Assembly: GCF_041956535.1 (NCBI RefSeq)
Contig: NW_027192193.1
Coordinates: 1,293,192 to 1,357,191 of the forward strand
Length of the DNA stretch: 64,000 nt
Direction: 5' to 3'
From: Calcarisporiella thermophila CBS 279.70
Taxonomy: Eukaryota; Fungi; Calcarisporiellomycota
Part shown: positions 35,554-49,028 of the stretch, piece by piece
Position numbering within the stretch: the stretch's first letter is position 1
Layout: each line of letters begins with the position of its first letter
Program-made: the position numbers and the translations under genes
The notes under the pieces: model-generated
Seen by the model: only the letters and a program-made list of their open reading frames with translations
Database searches by the model: none
What the model was told of the DNA's origin: nothing

Positions 35554-38099
35554 TCAGGTAGGTAGGTGTGAGATATCTCCCGCATTGAACAATAATGTTT
35601 CCAGCCAGTAGAGCACCACATTTGCTGCACGCCGGTCGGGTCCACCATCGTAAGCAAATGCGCCATACGCGCCCCCCGGCATTCCCGAATGGCCACCATT
35701 CGCATCTATCAAGTAAGCAGAGGTGACCACCCCGCAGAGATAAGCTGCGAGCCCATAGAGGGCAAAGAGCGTCGTGTTGCTCACAAGTTCCTGGCGCATA
35801 CGAATAAAGAGTGGGGGCGCACGAAGTTTTGCGGGTGTCGACAAGATTTGTTGTCGGAGGGTAGGATTGTTTTTCTGGTCAGGGGTCTGTAGGGTGAAGA
35901 GAATTGAGATGGAAAATTTAGCATTTTCGTTAAAAACCAAAGTAGGCTACGAATATACATTAGCACTGGCAGTTATCCTTCCCCTTCGTAGGCGCAAACT
36001 TTGTATGCCCTTCTTGACCAGCTCAACACTGCCACCCATGGTGGAAAGGCGTCTTCTAGACTCTTTGCCCTGTGTCTCAACCAAACCCTGCAAGAGTGCT
36101 GCTTGAAGATCTAATTCTCTCGCCAACATTTGATATTGAGCATCAAAAGCCGCTCGACTTCTGCTAGATTGCACAGAAACATCGCGATGAGAAGAGCCTG
36201 GCTCACTCATGATGGTGACCTCTCCTGCATCTCCATCAGTGAGATTTCTGCGGGCCAAATTGGAAATATCGCTACTATCATCACACTGAACCCCTATATC
36301 GACGGTCTCCTTTGGTATCGGCCCACCTTTCGCATGTATTTCACGTTGCAGGCGCTGGATTTCGTCGTGGAGGGAACGTCTCTCGGCTTGTGCGTGGGTT
36401 CGGAGGTCCGCGAAGTGAGCATTTACTATTTTATCCATTGGTTAGTTGTGGTACTAACATGCAAACAAAGTGTACATACAGATATCGCTATTTTCTTTCG
36501 CGATCGGCACCGAGTTATCTCTTGTTGTTTCTATCTCATGTATCTCTTGATCCTAATATAATAAAAAATATTATATCCATTGGTATAATAAAAATCCAGA
36601 AAGTTTATGAAAATACCTGTGGGGGAACTATAGTTTCCATATCATTGATATCTGGAACCCCGATGTTAGCTTCATCCGCAAGAGTTTTCACTGTATTTCC
36701 TTGCATTCCTCTGCCACTAACAGTGAGCTCTTTAAGATCCATCTGTAACTGGTCGATCATATGACGCAATCGACTATTTTCTTCCTTCTGCTGTTGTAAC
36801 TCTTTGTCATATTCCTCGAGCGCTTGAACTTCATTTTCCATCGCATATAGCTCCTGCTCCATCTTTTGCTTTTCAGCGGTCCAGCGTTTCTGCTCCGACG
36901 CGAATCCGGCAATGGCAGATTCAGCATTATTCAGCTCTTCTTCTTTCTGGCGGAGAATGTCTTGTAGTTTTTCAGCCTCATCTAATTTATTTTATATAAA
37001 AACATTTAATAAAATTAGATTTCAAAATATAAGATAAACCCATACCGCATTTCTCTTCATATAGAGCTTTTAGCTGAAAATAATTTTCTCTTTGAGACTC
37101 GATTTGATCTTGTAGTGATGATATATCATTTTCCAACTAAAAAAGGTAGAAATTTAGAAAGGTGGAGCAAGTATACATAAAATATTATTATTAAGTTATT
37201 TACCGCTGAAATTTCCTGAGTGTTGACTTTTTCTTTACTCTTAAACTCTTTTACTTCTCGTTTTTTTGCCGCTAGCTCCGCCTTGAGTTCATCGCGCTTC
37301 CGCTCTAATTTACCGATCTTTTCCTCGTGGTGTCTCACGACTATAGCCATCCTGCGCTCCTTTTCTTTAGCGAGACGTACCATATCCGAACGAATACGAT
37401 TCATCTCTACAAGATGGTCGGTCGCATCATCTTCCAAGCCTTCTTTTTTATCACCGAAGATCTCAAAACTTGCTCCAATCCCTTCAAAACTTAGATCCTG
37501 CACGTTGGGATCTGCAGTTGTCATTTCCGGTCGGTAAGAAGGGGAAGTAGGGTGGATTTCAAGTGAATGATTAGGCGATCGTGGGGAGGAAGGAAAATAA
37601 TTATCGTTGTCACTCTTAACAACAAAACAGCATTAGTATAGCTATTTTCAAATAAGCTAGTACATAAGCACTTGCAAGTTACCTGCATTGATGTATTTGC
37701 AATGTTTTCCTCCCAGCTCTCATCATAGTGATTTGAAGGTTTTGATGGTCTCCGTGTCCGAGCACCGGTATGGATAATAGGAGCTGTCCTTTTTCTCTCA
37801 GAGAATATCGATTCTTGTGGCAAATCTTGGTTGATAGGAGCAGATGCCGCAGGAGAGGCGGAGGATACTTCGTGTAAACTAACAATCACTTGTACAAGAT
37901 CATCCACAGTTACTTCGAGCTCTGGATTCATTGTAGCGAAAGAATGAATAATGTCTTTGAGATCGTCGGTGAATATAATGACATTCTGCTTTAGTTCATA
38001 TCGCTCCACAAGCGGCAAAAAGTCGCGCATCACGATACGACCACGCCGTTGTGTGTCGAATTCGTTGAATATTGTGTGTATTTGCTCGCGTATTGTCAT
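35554..38099 (-). CDS. EF-hand + coiled-coil + C-terminal TM protein; KASH-like outer nuclear membrane protein (Kms1/Kms2/KASH5 architecture)
   Basis: N-terminal IFNEFDTQRRGRIVMRDF (EF-hand-like), long heptad-rich exons, TM LFALYGLAAYLCGVVTSAYLI, short tail ending HLPT*. Confidence 0.65.
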
Positions 38100-38111
38100 C
38101 AGTTTAAATCT

Positions 38112-38187
38112 ACGCGTTATGGAGGAAGAAGAGTGAGCAATGAAAAGAGCTGGAGCATAATAGCAAAATAAATTTATATTAACGCGT
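38112..38187. promoter_or_regulatory. Two perfect MCB elements (ACGCGT) upstream of the KASH-like gene
   Basis: ACGCGT at 38112-38117 and 38182-38187 in an AT-rich promoter/5' region. Confidence 0.45.
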
Positions 38188-38573
38188 TCTACCTTTTTCA
38201 CTTTCTATAATTAAAACAATTGAGGAAATAAAAATAAAAACTATTTCTCCCTCCTCTTCCAGTAGGATAGTGCTCCAGCTAGGAACAGTAACAATTAAAG
38301 ATGAATCGTGTTATTAAAAGCGGGAGAGGGATGATGGAATCGCTGTTTTTGTGTGTGTATTATTGTTGGGGGATTTGATTAAGTTTAGGCGAAGGAACAC
38401 GTTCCTCGTGACGTTCATTTGGGGTCGTTGCATCACCACCCCATTTTCACTTAAAACAACTAAAATTACTACCAGCAGAATTGCTCTATATTGTTTGACT
38501 CTAATAGTCTACAGTACCATCTAGATACTGGTTTGATTCCCTGTTGTGTTTATTATACACCAATTCGTCTCTT

Positions 38574-39439
38574 CTAATTATCCTTCAACTCTCCACACTC
38601 AACAATTTCCACTTTGGCAGTGGGGCGTCCTTGAGGCGTGCCAACTTGCTCAATTTTCTTCAACACGTCTTGGCCCTCTGAGAGCTGTCCGAAGACGACA
38701 TGATTTCCGTCCAGCCAAGGGGTCTCTTTGAACGTGATGAAAAACTGGCATAAAAAAAACAAAAATATAACGTTCAGAGCTACGTATTAAATCAAATTTT
38801 CATTTAAACAATAGAAAAAGGATACATACCTGACTACCATTTGTGTTCTGTGCGAGGAAAATATAATGGTTAGAATCGCATTAATAGCCACATTTAGATT
38901 CCTAGTATACCAAATTACCTTTCCAGCATTTGCCATAGAGAGAACGCCTACGCCGTTATGCTTGAATTTGAAATTTTCACTAGAAGGGGATATTTCTATC
39001 AGTTTTAAAGAAGTTGCCCCGAGTATTAATTGCTCTTACTCTTCAAACTTTGCACCATAGATACTTTCACCCCCAATTCCACTTGCATGGGTGAAATCTA
39101 ATAGTAAACATAATTAGTCACTTGCCTTGCCTATTAAATGTATTGTGGCTATTCTAACCTCCTCCCTGAGCCATGAACCCTGGGATGATCCGATGAAAAA
39201 TGCTATTTTTGAAGTGAAGTGGCTTCCCTGACAATCCAACACCCTAACGTTAAATACACTACGCGTGAAATCTTTGTTTTTTTTACATACTCAAATAAAT
39301 GCATTACCTTCTCTCCAGTGCACAGCGCTCTGAAGTTCTCGCTGGTCTTTGGAGTCTCATTAAAGAGCTTGAACACCATACGGCCGGCATTCTTGCCGCT
39401 AATGGCAACGTCAAAGAAAACTTTACGAGCAGCCGCCAT
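38574..39439 (-). CDS. Cyclophilin-type peptidyl-prolyl isomerase, about 6 exons including an 18-nt exon (NTNGSQ)
   Basis: [64 protein letters not shown]. Confidence 0.96.
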
Positions 39440-39677
39440 TCTTTAGATAATAATTGAAATGTATGTATACCCAGGGTAAAGCTGTTCATTATTTTGCTTG
39501 CCTCGGTGCTGCGCCACATATTGTATACTACTTTATTTTGTGGTTTCACCTTGGGAAAAAATATTCATGATGAAGATGGAGAAATAATGATTCTTTTCAC
39601 AAATAAGAGGGTTTATATTTGTCTTTATAAGGAAGAGACATAGTGGAGGTTCAATAAAAAAGTGAAAGAAAAAAAAT

Positions 39678-40624
39678 TTACGCCTCAGTCTTGGCCTCAG
39701 CAGGAGCAACGTTGAGAGCACGCTTCTCAGCAATACGCTTGGCGCGACGCTCACGTGCGGCCTTTGTCCTTGCACGAACAGCCTCAGCTTGCTCACTAGA
39801 GTAGCGAAGTAAAATGAAAAAAAAAACAGTAAGGAACAAGCCATGAAAGAGTGGTAAGCTAACAACTGATACGTACGCAATAGCACGGGCACGGTTCTTC
39901 TCAGCCTTAGCCTTGTGGATGTACTCCATCAACACACGTTTGTTCTTGAACACGTTACCCTTGGACTTCATGTAGAGCTGGTGGTACCTGTAATTGTAAG
40001 AAAGAGCATATTAGCCGGAATATGATAAGTATAAACAAATGAGGGTATAGCTTACAAGTGCTTATCGATCTTGCCAGACTCACGGTATTTACGGAGCAGA
40101 CGACGCAAAACACGCTGACGACGCATCCAGAGAACCTGGGTAGGCATACGTGCGTCGGCAGTACCCTTACGCTTACCGTAGCCAGTGTGGCGACCCTTGC
40201 GCTTGGCAGCGTGTGTCTCGCGCACACGGGAGCGGGAGTGCATAACTTGGGGCTTGCGAATGATAAGACCATCCTTGACGAGCTTGCGAATGTTCTGGCC
40301 TATTGATGGTTAATGCAGGGTAAATGTACATATTTTGCTTTGAAAATAAAAAATGCAGTGATACATACGGGAGTTGGCATTGGCGATCTCAGTGGCCTCG
40401 TTGGGATCGAGCCAAACCTTCCGTTTGCCACACTTGAGCACAGAGGCGGCCAGGCGCTTTTGCGTCGTCAGATTCACCCTGGAATGAAGAAGGCATCAGT
40501 AAACAAAACTAATCATCAGATTACAATCGCCCATCTGATTGTATCCGCAGCGCTTGCGAAAAAGGCACATATGTGGCAAGGAGAACGGCAGCGGAAAGTG
40601 TGCTCGTATTTGAAAGACTTACAT
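39678..40624 (-). CDS. RPL19: 60S ribosomal protein eL19; start codon split by intron 1 (AT|G)
   Basis: [67 protein letters not shown]. Confidence 0.98.
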
Positions 40625-40696
40625 TGTTGATTAGTCTCTAAATCCTCCAAATAACACTAGGGGGGTTCAACCGAGACGCGGGGGGAAGAAGGAAAC

Positions 40697-40710
40697 AAAA
40701 AATTTTTCGA
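40697..40710 (-). promoter_or_regulatory. RRPE-like element (GAAAAATTTT) upstream of RPL19
   Basis: Minus strand reads CGAAAAATTTTTT about 80 nt upstream of the ATG. Confidence 0.35.
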
Positions 40711-41269
40711 ATTGTTTGTGGTTTTAATGTCATGCTTTCGTCACTTAGAAATTCATAAACCTACAGATTTCAGATACTTCAGAAGTCACAAAAAACTGTT
40801 GAGAAGACCGGACTCGTACTCCACGACTTTTTTTCCACCTGCGAACATACTGAACCAAGTCGCAAACACGCGTTTTTGTTTGAAAAAAACCTCTTTGTCT
40901 CCGGTCGTTTTCACCTCCTTCACCTCTATTCTGCCCTGTTCCTCGACTCATCTCTAAGTCGCCACAATTGGAACTCTTCTACTTCGTCTCCGCTGCTTGC
41001 GCCCTTTTTTCTCGAATGAACTTGGCCGAAGAAAAGAGGGAATCCTCAAACCTCCCCGTTCTCTCCTAGTTTTTCGTTCTGGGCCCCATATCCTCCTGTT
41101 TGCTAACAAGAACACTCTTATTAATCTTTCACACTCACCTCAATTTCAATTTCGAGGCGCGGAAAACTTTCCTTGGAGCAGTTTCTCCATCTCCTGCATT
41201 TCATCTCCTCCAACTTCTCCATTCGTAAACAGGCTTCTTTCCTGGTAGCTTTTTCCAATTCAGTTGCTC

Positions 41270-43180
41270 ATGTGTAAGTTTAAATGTCATTTGTAATGTT
41301 TAATTGCAGCCAAAGCTTCATCATGTAAATCATGTGAATTGTGGGCGCGAACCTTTTTTTAGAAATCTTCTTTAATAATTCTGATATCTGCTCCTCTAGT
41401 AGCACAGCGTCGCAGTCATCGCAATTCGCAAGGTGTACGACACAATGGTCGTTCATCTGAATACCGCTCGGCTGGGGATTCTCGTGAAGATTTTCAGCAA
41501 TCAGCAGATGCTGCAATTGTAGAACCCGAAACTGTAGAGGAGGAAGACAGCGATGATGGTGGGCAGACACGTTGTGTATGTGGGGAAGCACGTGAGTGAT
41601 TGGTTGTGCTGCCATGCATTTGACTATATGCGTGAATTGACTTTTGTGAGCGTAATGTAGACCACGATGGTATAATGATTCAGTGCGAGGAATGCAAGGT
41701 ATGGCAGCACTGCATTTGCGTTGGTATCGTGTCAGAGAAAGGGATTCCCGACCTATACTACTGCGAAGTGTGTAAGCCGGAAAACCACATCATAGTCAAG
41801 GTTGGCAACACTGGGTAATGCGGCTTGCGTATATTGCAATGATGCCCTCGACTTGTTTTTCTCACCGATCTCTCTATTGTTAGCCGCAAGCGGCACACAT
41901 ATAAAGATGGCAAGCACCAGAAGTCGCCAGGAACCAAGCGCAGCTCTTTGAACGGCAAAGGCACGCCCTCTTCTAACCAGGAAACAGAAGCTCCCAAGTC
42001 CAGCACCTCTCCACCCCCTATTGGTCGCACAAGTAAGCGGAGAAAGAAATCGAGCTCCGAGGAGAATCTCAATGATAGACCCGAGAGGGATATCCTGGAC
42101 ACCAAAAAAGACGGTCTCGCTTCTGCAAAGCAAAACAAAAGAACGGCGCCAAAGTATGCCGAGTCTGACCGGCGGAAGCGCCCTCGTTCGCCTGAGTCGC
42201 CAGCACAATCGTCGGTAAACGATGCGGCTACAAACGACGACGAAACAAGGTCGGCAACCGACGCGAGTCCAAAAGAGCAGAGCGAGTTGGAGGAGAATCC
42301 TCCAACGAAACGCAAGCGCCGCACTTTGGATAGAGATAGCGTGCGATCGTACTCGGGTGCTTCGCCGGCGGACACAGAGGAACCCTACGCCCTTGAGAAG
42401 GAAGAACGGCCTTCATCAGAGTCCCATTTGAACGGAGATAAGTATCCTTTGAGGGCTACAGGAGAAGAACAGATGAATACGCGACACTCTGCAACCAAGA
42501 ATAAAAAAGGGAGCAACCATAAGCGTCCCACCAATAGCAAACGGTCGAATCCCTCGCGCACCGCCACTCCTCAACCCGATACAACCCCGCAACTTCGATC
42601 CGCCTCACCTCCTGCCAAAGTGCGATACCCGTCGGAAAAGATGTCGTTAGACGACATGAATAAACGCGCTACATTAATCCTCGGCTATCTCTCCAACCTT
42701 CGAATGGAGAGAGCAAAAGGCCAGCAGACCAAATTTCCCACCTGTCCTGGCGACATTAATGGAGCTGCGAACGAGAGAGCTAAGGAAAACGCTGAGGCTG
42801 AGAGAATGAGAACAAGACGACGGCCGGGAGACTCCAGCAATGGATCCACAACTACCCTCAACGACTCAGATTTGCAAGCGGACTCCAAGCGGCTGTCCCC
42901 TTCTGCGCACTCTTCTTCTTCGACTATGTCATCCACGAGATCCACCTCCAAACATACAAATGAGGAACAGGCTACATCCGAGGAGGAGCCGAGTATAATT
43001 GATATGCTGGATGAGTTGACGCAGCAGCTAGTAATGTTTCAAAAGCGATTTGGACACCCAAAAGAGACTGGGCACCATCACTTCACACGATTTTCTGAGA
43101 TTGCGAACGGAAACATAAATAAACTAAAGCAGACAAGACACCCTTCGCAAACTTCGAAGCCATCGAATCGCGGGCGATAA
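41270..43180 (+). CDS. PHD-finger protein, Cti6-like (Rpd3L-associated)
   Basis: TRCVCG...IMIQCEECKVWQHCICVG...YYCEVCKPENH; C-terminal PAKVRYPSEKMSLDDMNKRATLILGYL and MLDELTQQLVMFQKRFG. Confidence 0.85.
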
Positions 43181-43475
43181 GAAGCACACGCAGCCATGAA
43201 TCGCAAACGGCTGAGAGATCAATGCATATACCATTATTTTATATGTCTATACGTTTATAACCCTCATATCCTTATTATTTCCAAAAAAACACCACCCCTC
43301 AAATGGTTTCCTATTTTGCTTTTCTATTTCATATATATACGTTTTACTCTTGCTTCTCTCCATAATCTTTTCGATTGTACATTTTTTTTTCTTCTTCCTC
43401 ATTTATCTAATAATAGCAAGGATTACGTGGCGTGATCCAACCGTGCACATAACCTAACCTATGGTTAGCAAATCA

Positions 43476-43532
43476 ACGCGAAATGTTAGAAATCGCGTAA
43501 AATTTAAATTCGTTCTCGTTCGCGCTCGCGTG
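43476..43532. promoter_or_regulatory. Cluster of CGCG (MCB/SCB-like) elements in the RNR1 promoter
   Basis: ACGCGAAA, TCGCGT and CGCGCTCGCGTG within about 60 bp, 130-190 nt upstream of the ATG, in AT-rich context. Confidence 0.55.
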
Positions 43533-43663
43533 TTTTTTTCTTGCTCTTCATTCTCGCCCATTCTATCCTCGTCTTCTCTTCATTACAATTCCATACACGA
43601 TTCTACATTATCATTATCCCTTTCATAAAAAAGACCTAAGCAACATATATAGCCACGATAATC

Positions 43664-46519
43664 ATGTACGTTTTCAAAAGAGGTATATTACAAATGTGTT
43701 GCAAGCTATTTTTGTTTACGCTTCATTTATACCGAACGTTACTAATTATATTAATTCTAATTTCCCTTCTAACCGAATGATTATTGCCGTATGATATTAA
43801 GATGGTAGATATTTCTTGACCGGACGGATTTTCTTGACTCTGCTCTAAATGTGATTTTTATTTTTGTAACAGGAACCAAAGAACGAGTAGCCTTTGACAA
43901 AATAACTGCTCGCATCAATAAGCTATGCAATGGCCTTGATATGAACTATGTGGATCCAGTAGCCATTGCTCAGAAGGTAATAAATTTTTGATACCTCTGT
44001 CACTGTTATTGATTTATTTGACCCTGTTTCTTCTTCATTCTAGGTGGTTTCTGGGGTTTACCAAGGCGTGACAACTGTGGAGCTGGATAATCTGGCCGCA
44101 GAAACAGCTGCTTACATGACCACCAAGGTATTTGATTGGCAACCTCTCTCACTTCATTTTCCTAGTTAATTAACAGTGCATTGTTTTATTTAGCATCCAG
44201 ATTATGCCCTCCTTGCTGCTCGAATTGCCATTTCTAATCTCCAGAAAGAAACCAAGAATAATTTTTCCGAAGTGGTCAAGGACCTTTACGAATATACAAA
44301 CCCAAAAACTGGTACCCATTCTCCTATGATCTCGAAGGAAACCTACGAAATTGTACAACGTCATGCTGAACGTCTCAATGCTGCACTGGTGTACGAGCGT
44401 GACTTCAACTACAACTACTTTGGGTTTAAGACATTGGAGCGCTCCTATTTATTACGCATCAGTGGTCGAGTTGCTGAACGACCCCAGCACATGTTGATGC
44501 GTGTTGCTGTTGGTATTCATGGGGAGGACATAGATTGCGCAATTGAATCATATGAGCTTATGTCCCAGAAGTACTTCACGCATGCTTCTCCCACTCTTTT
44601 CAACGCAGGCACTCCACGTCCACAACTTTCGAGCTGCTTCCTGGTGTCAATGCGTGAAGACTCAATCGAGGGAATTTATGATACACTGAAAACCTGTGCA
44701 ATGATATCCAAAACAGCAGGTGGTATTGGACTCAACATCCATAACATTCGCGCTTCGGGCTCCTACATGTAGGTTCATATTCTTTTTTCACGTTTGAATC
44801 CAGCTTATACTTACACTTTCTCTCTTGCTCTCATCGTTATAGCGCGGGAACTAACGGTTATTCTAATGGCATTGTACCCATGCTCCGTGTTTATAACAAC
44901 ACTGCCCGGTACGTTGATCAAGGAGGCAATAAACGTCCTGGGGCCTTTGCCATCTATTTAGAACCCTGGCACGCTGATGTGTTTGAATTCCTCGACCTAC
45001 GCAAAAATACCGGCAAGGAAGAGCAGCGTGCGCGAGATCTCTTTTACGCACTGTGGATTCCTGATCTCTTTATGCGTCGCGTTGAGGCCAACGAGGATTG
45101 GTCGCTCTTCTGTCCAGCGGAGGCTCCTGGCTTGTCTGACGTTTGGGGCGAAGAGTTTGAAAAATTGTACGAGAGATACGAGAAGGAAGGTCGTGCGCGA
45201 AAGACGTTTAAGGCGCAAAAGCTGTGGTACGCGATTCTTGAAGCGCAGATCGAGACTGGAAACCCATTCATGCTCTACAAGGATTCTTGTAATCGTAAAT
45301 CGAACCAACAAAACTTGGGCACAATTCGTGGCAGTAACTTGTGCACAGAGATCATGGAGTACTCAGCCCCCGATGAGGTTGCCGTCTGCAATTTGGCAAG
45401 TATTGCGCTTCCTTCGTTTGTTGTGGATCGAAAGCATTTCGACTTTGCGAAGCTGCACGAAGTCACCAAGGTCGTGGCAAAAAATCTAAACAAGATCATC
45501 GACCTCAACTACTACCCTGTCGAAGAGGCTCGGCGTTCCAACTTCCGCCACCGCCCCATTGGAATTGGTGTGCAGGGATTGGCAGACGCATTCTTGCTAC
45601 TTCGCCAACCATTCGACTCCCCTGAAGCCAAGAAACTCAACACTCAGATCTTTGAGACCATCTATCATGCTGCGGTCGAAGCCTCGGCGGAACTGGCCCA
45701 GGAGCAAGGGCCTTATCCAACCTACCACGGCTCCCCCATTTCCCGGGGCATTCTTCAGCCCGACATGTGGGATGTCGTTCCCAGCGATTTGTGGGATTGG
45801 GACGCACTTCGCGCTCGCGTCGCGCAGCATGGTGTGCGCAACTCACTTTTGGTTGCACCAATGCCCACGGCAAGCACCAGCCAGATCCTAGGGTTTAATG
45901 AATGCTTCGAGCCGTATACCTCGAATATTTACACAAGGCGTGTGTTAGCCGGTGAGTTCCAGGTGGTGAATCCGTGGTTGCTCCGCGACCTGATCGAACG
46001 TGGCCTCTGGGATGACCGCATGAAGAATCGCATCATCGCAGACAACGGGAGTGTGCAAAAGAGTAAGTGTTCCTTGCCTATAGTTCTCTCCTGCCCGCCC
46101 CTCATTGACTCATTGCCTCTACCTTAATCAAATCACTAGTTCCAGAGGTACCCGATGATCTCAAGGCTTTGTACAAGACGGTTTGGGAAATTTCACAGCG
46201 TGTTATCATTGATATGGCGGCTGATCGTGGAGCCTATATCGACCAAAGTCAATCGCTCAACATCTTCATTGCTGAGCCGAATTATGCTCGACTTACGTCC
46301 ATGCATTTCTACGGCTGGAAGAAGGGCCTGAAGACCGGAATGTATTATCTTCGAACCAAGGCTGCTGCATCCGCGATTAAGTTTACAGTGGATCAGCTCG
46401 CTCTGAAGCAGACCAACAGCAATGCATCGACAAAATCGACATCAGAGGAAGAGGAGAATCAAGCGGCCATTGCATGCTCCCTAGAGAACAAGGATGCCTG
46501 TGTCATGTGCAGCGGCTAA
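43664..46519 (+). CDS. RNR1: Ribonucleoside-diphosphate reductase large subunit (class Ia), multi-exon with a 3-nt microexon
   Basis: ATP-cone [76 protein letters not shown], terminal CVMCSG. Confidence 0.99.
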
Positions 46520-49028
46520 TTCACTTAATTATATAGACATATTTGGTTGTTATTTTTTTGAATTTGTAGTTTTTTTTTTTCCTCTGGAGCTATATGCAGT
46601 AAGATGCTCCGACTTTTTACATATATATATGTATATGTATACTCATATATACATATATTTCTGAAGTATTAGTATTAGCATGAAAACATAATAAATCCAG
46701 TAAATTCCGTTTCTACTTTTTCCTTGAGTTTATGCAAGAAAAATGGCTTGATTCTCACCTCAGACCGGCCTTTTTTCAGTTTGCACTTGCTTCATTTCTA
46801 TTCATAAGAAGAGGACGCCAGTTGGTTAGGTAAGGGCGTGATTATGCAGCCCAAGAAATCGCAACCTTGGCGATAGTTGCCTATGAAGGCAACGGAAACC
46901 CTAAAGCTTTTTTCCATGACCAACGTGATCAGGAAGATGAATTGGCGTGAAATATCTCGGGAAGCTTCTGGAGCAAGGCTAGGGTTATACAACAGACTAG
47001 CGAAAGAAAATTGTGATTTCTGAACCATATTCTCACCTTAGCAATATAGGCTTTGCTTATTGTCTGAGCGGGTGGTCTTTTAACCGTCAGGGCATTACAA
47101 GCAGCGGCCATTGTGTTAGGTCAGAATGCCATCGACTGATGACATGGTGTCGAGGCTTAGTGCTAGAGGACAAGATATTTCGCGCCGGAGTTGTGGATGA
47201 CTCCATCAATATCGCTAATTTCAAGGAATATTCCGTCGAGTGGTCGCAGGAGGGTACTAACGTCAGGTTTTCGGAGAAGATGCCCTAGGCAAGATGGAGC
47301 TGTAACCGGGGGTGTCTTTGTCAAATTCTTGGCAAGTGGCTCCTGCGTCATTATGAGAAATGAGAAAGTGCGGCTGCAATGAGAGCATCAGGGCCGAGCC
47401 CCAATGCGTGCCAATGGGAGTCTCACGGCATTAGCCCAATCCTGTAAGATATTTTTAGTCCATTTATGTGCCCATTTCTTTGGTTAGAAGTAGTGGACCC
47501 CATAAGTAGAAAAGAGTTTGCCCGTGCGATTTACTTGACTTAACTCTCCCACTGTGCTCCGTGGTGACTCATGTGTCTAGAAGGTTTGAAATGGAATCTT
47601 CCAATAAAATAGAAATAGTATCAATTTTAGCATAGGATAGCCTGGGGACTCTAATCACGAAAAAGTTCAATCTACAAGAGCTCCCTTTGTCAAATATTAT
47701 CCGTTAATAAGCCCTCTTTCCCTCGCGGGACCTTGTGCTGAGTGTTTTGGGCTTGTCAGAAAACTATTTTCTTAGAAGTCGAAGAGTCATTAAGGAAGGG
47801 CTCCGAGAAAGTCGTGACGAGAAAAAAATGCACAAACTCTATCCTCATGAGACTATCATTTTAGCGGTCAACCTTTAGATTTGGCTTGGAGAACTTGAAC
47901 GAAGCTCATGTCAAAAAATGGGGAGCAGACGGTCACGAGAGACTCGGCGATCAGATATTGATGGGAAGCAGTGCCATATGAGAGAAGAGTTGCTCCATCT
48001 TAGAATGGATATTAGGGCAGGCCTACAGCTCATTTGCTGACGATATTGCGTGCGTTAGTGTAAGAATAGAGTTGAAAGGCTGTGGGATAAGCCTCTATCC
48101 TCTTCTAATGGGAAGAAAAGCCTGCCACCACAACCTACGCAGCTCTACAATGCAACGGTTTTGCTTCGTTGTAGTATTGCATGGGTGCGGCTGAGGGAAC
48201 GCTCAGACGCGTCCCATGGGAAAAGAAAGCGCCTGCTTTATTCAATATACTAAACTACACCCCTTGCTTTACCATGTTCTCTTCTGTATATTATCCTCCT
48301 CAGGGCAGGTTCCTAGAGGATGGCTATTGGAGAGCGAGAAATCACGAGAGGATGTCAAACCTCCTCACCATCAGAGCACTCTTAAATTCTCTTGGATTCG
48401 GGCAAAATGCTGAGAGAATAGGATGTTATAAGCGTCCCGCTTATGGCAAAACAATTATTTCCAGCGTGGAGATAGTTTAGGTTCATTGCATCAACGCCAT
48501 AAAGGTCATGCGAGACGGGTAAAAAGTATAAGCTTAAACGCATCGCCAACCGAAATAGGGGGCGACAAGCATGAAGCTTAAAACCGATTTTGAATAGCGC
48601 ACGATGCTAGAGCCAACCGAAGTCATGCACATGCCAACCCCATATTGTGAGATTGATCTTCAGACGGGTTTTACCGGAAAAGGCTAGGATTTAGTAGAAA
48701 TAGCATCTGGTGTATTGAATGACTAGTACAGGAAGAGACATAGCAAGGATGCTTATTGAGAGAAGAGAAAATACAGGAGAGAAACAAAGAAAAAACACAC
48801 ATAGTAGCAAGCAAAACTCTGGTATAAATGATGTGGTAATATTCACTGACAAAGCGTAGTTGGAAACATTTAGGATATACAATTGAGAAAAATAAAACAA
48901 GCCAAGATCAACCAAGGTAATGAAAAAGGCTATTTCAGCGAGGGGTTGGTTGAGAGAGGTTGGAGGGAGGCAGCGGCGGTCTCCTACACAGCCTCCTTCT
49001 GCTCCTTCTCCTCCTCTGACATTTTAAC

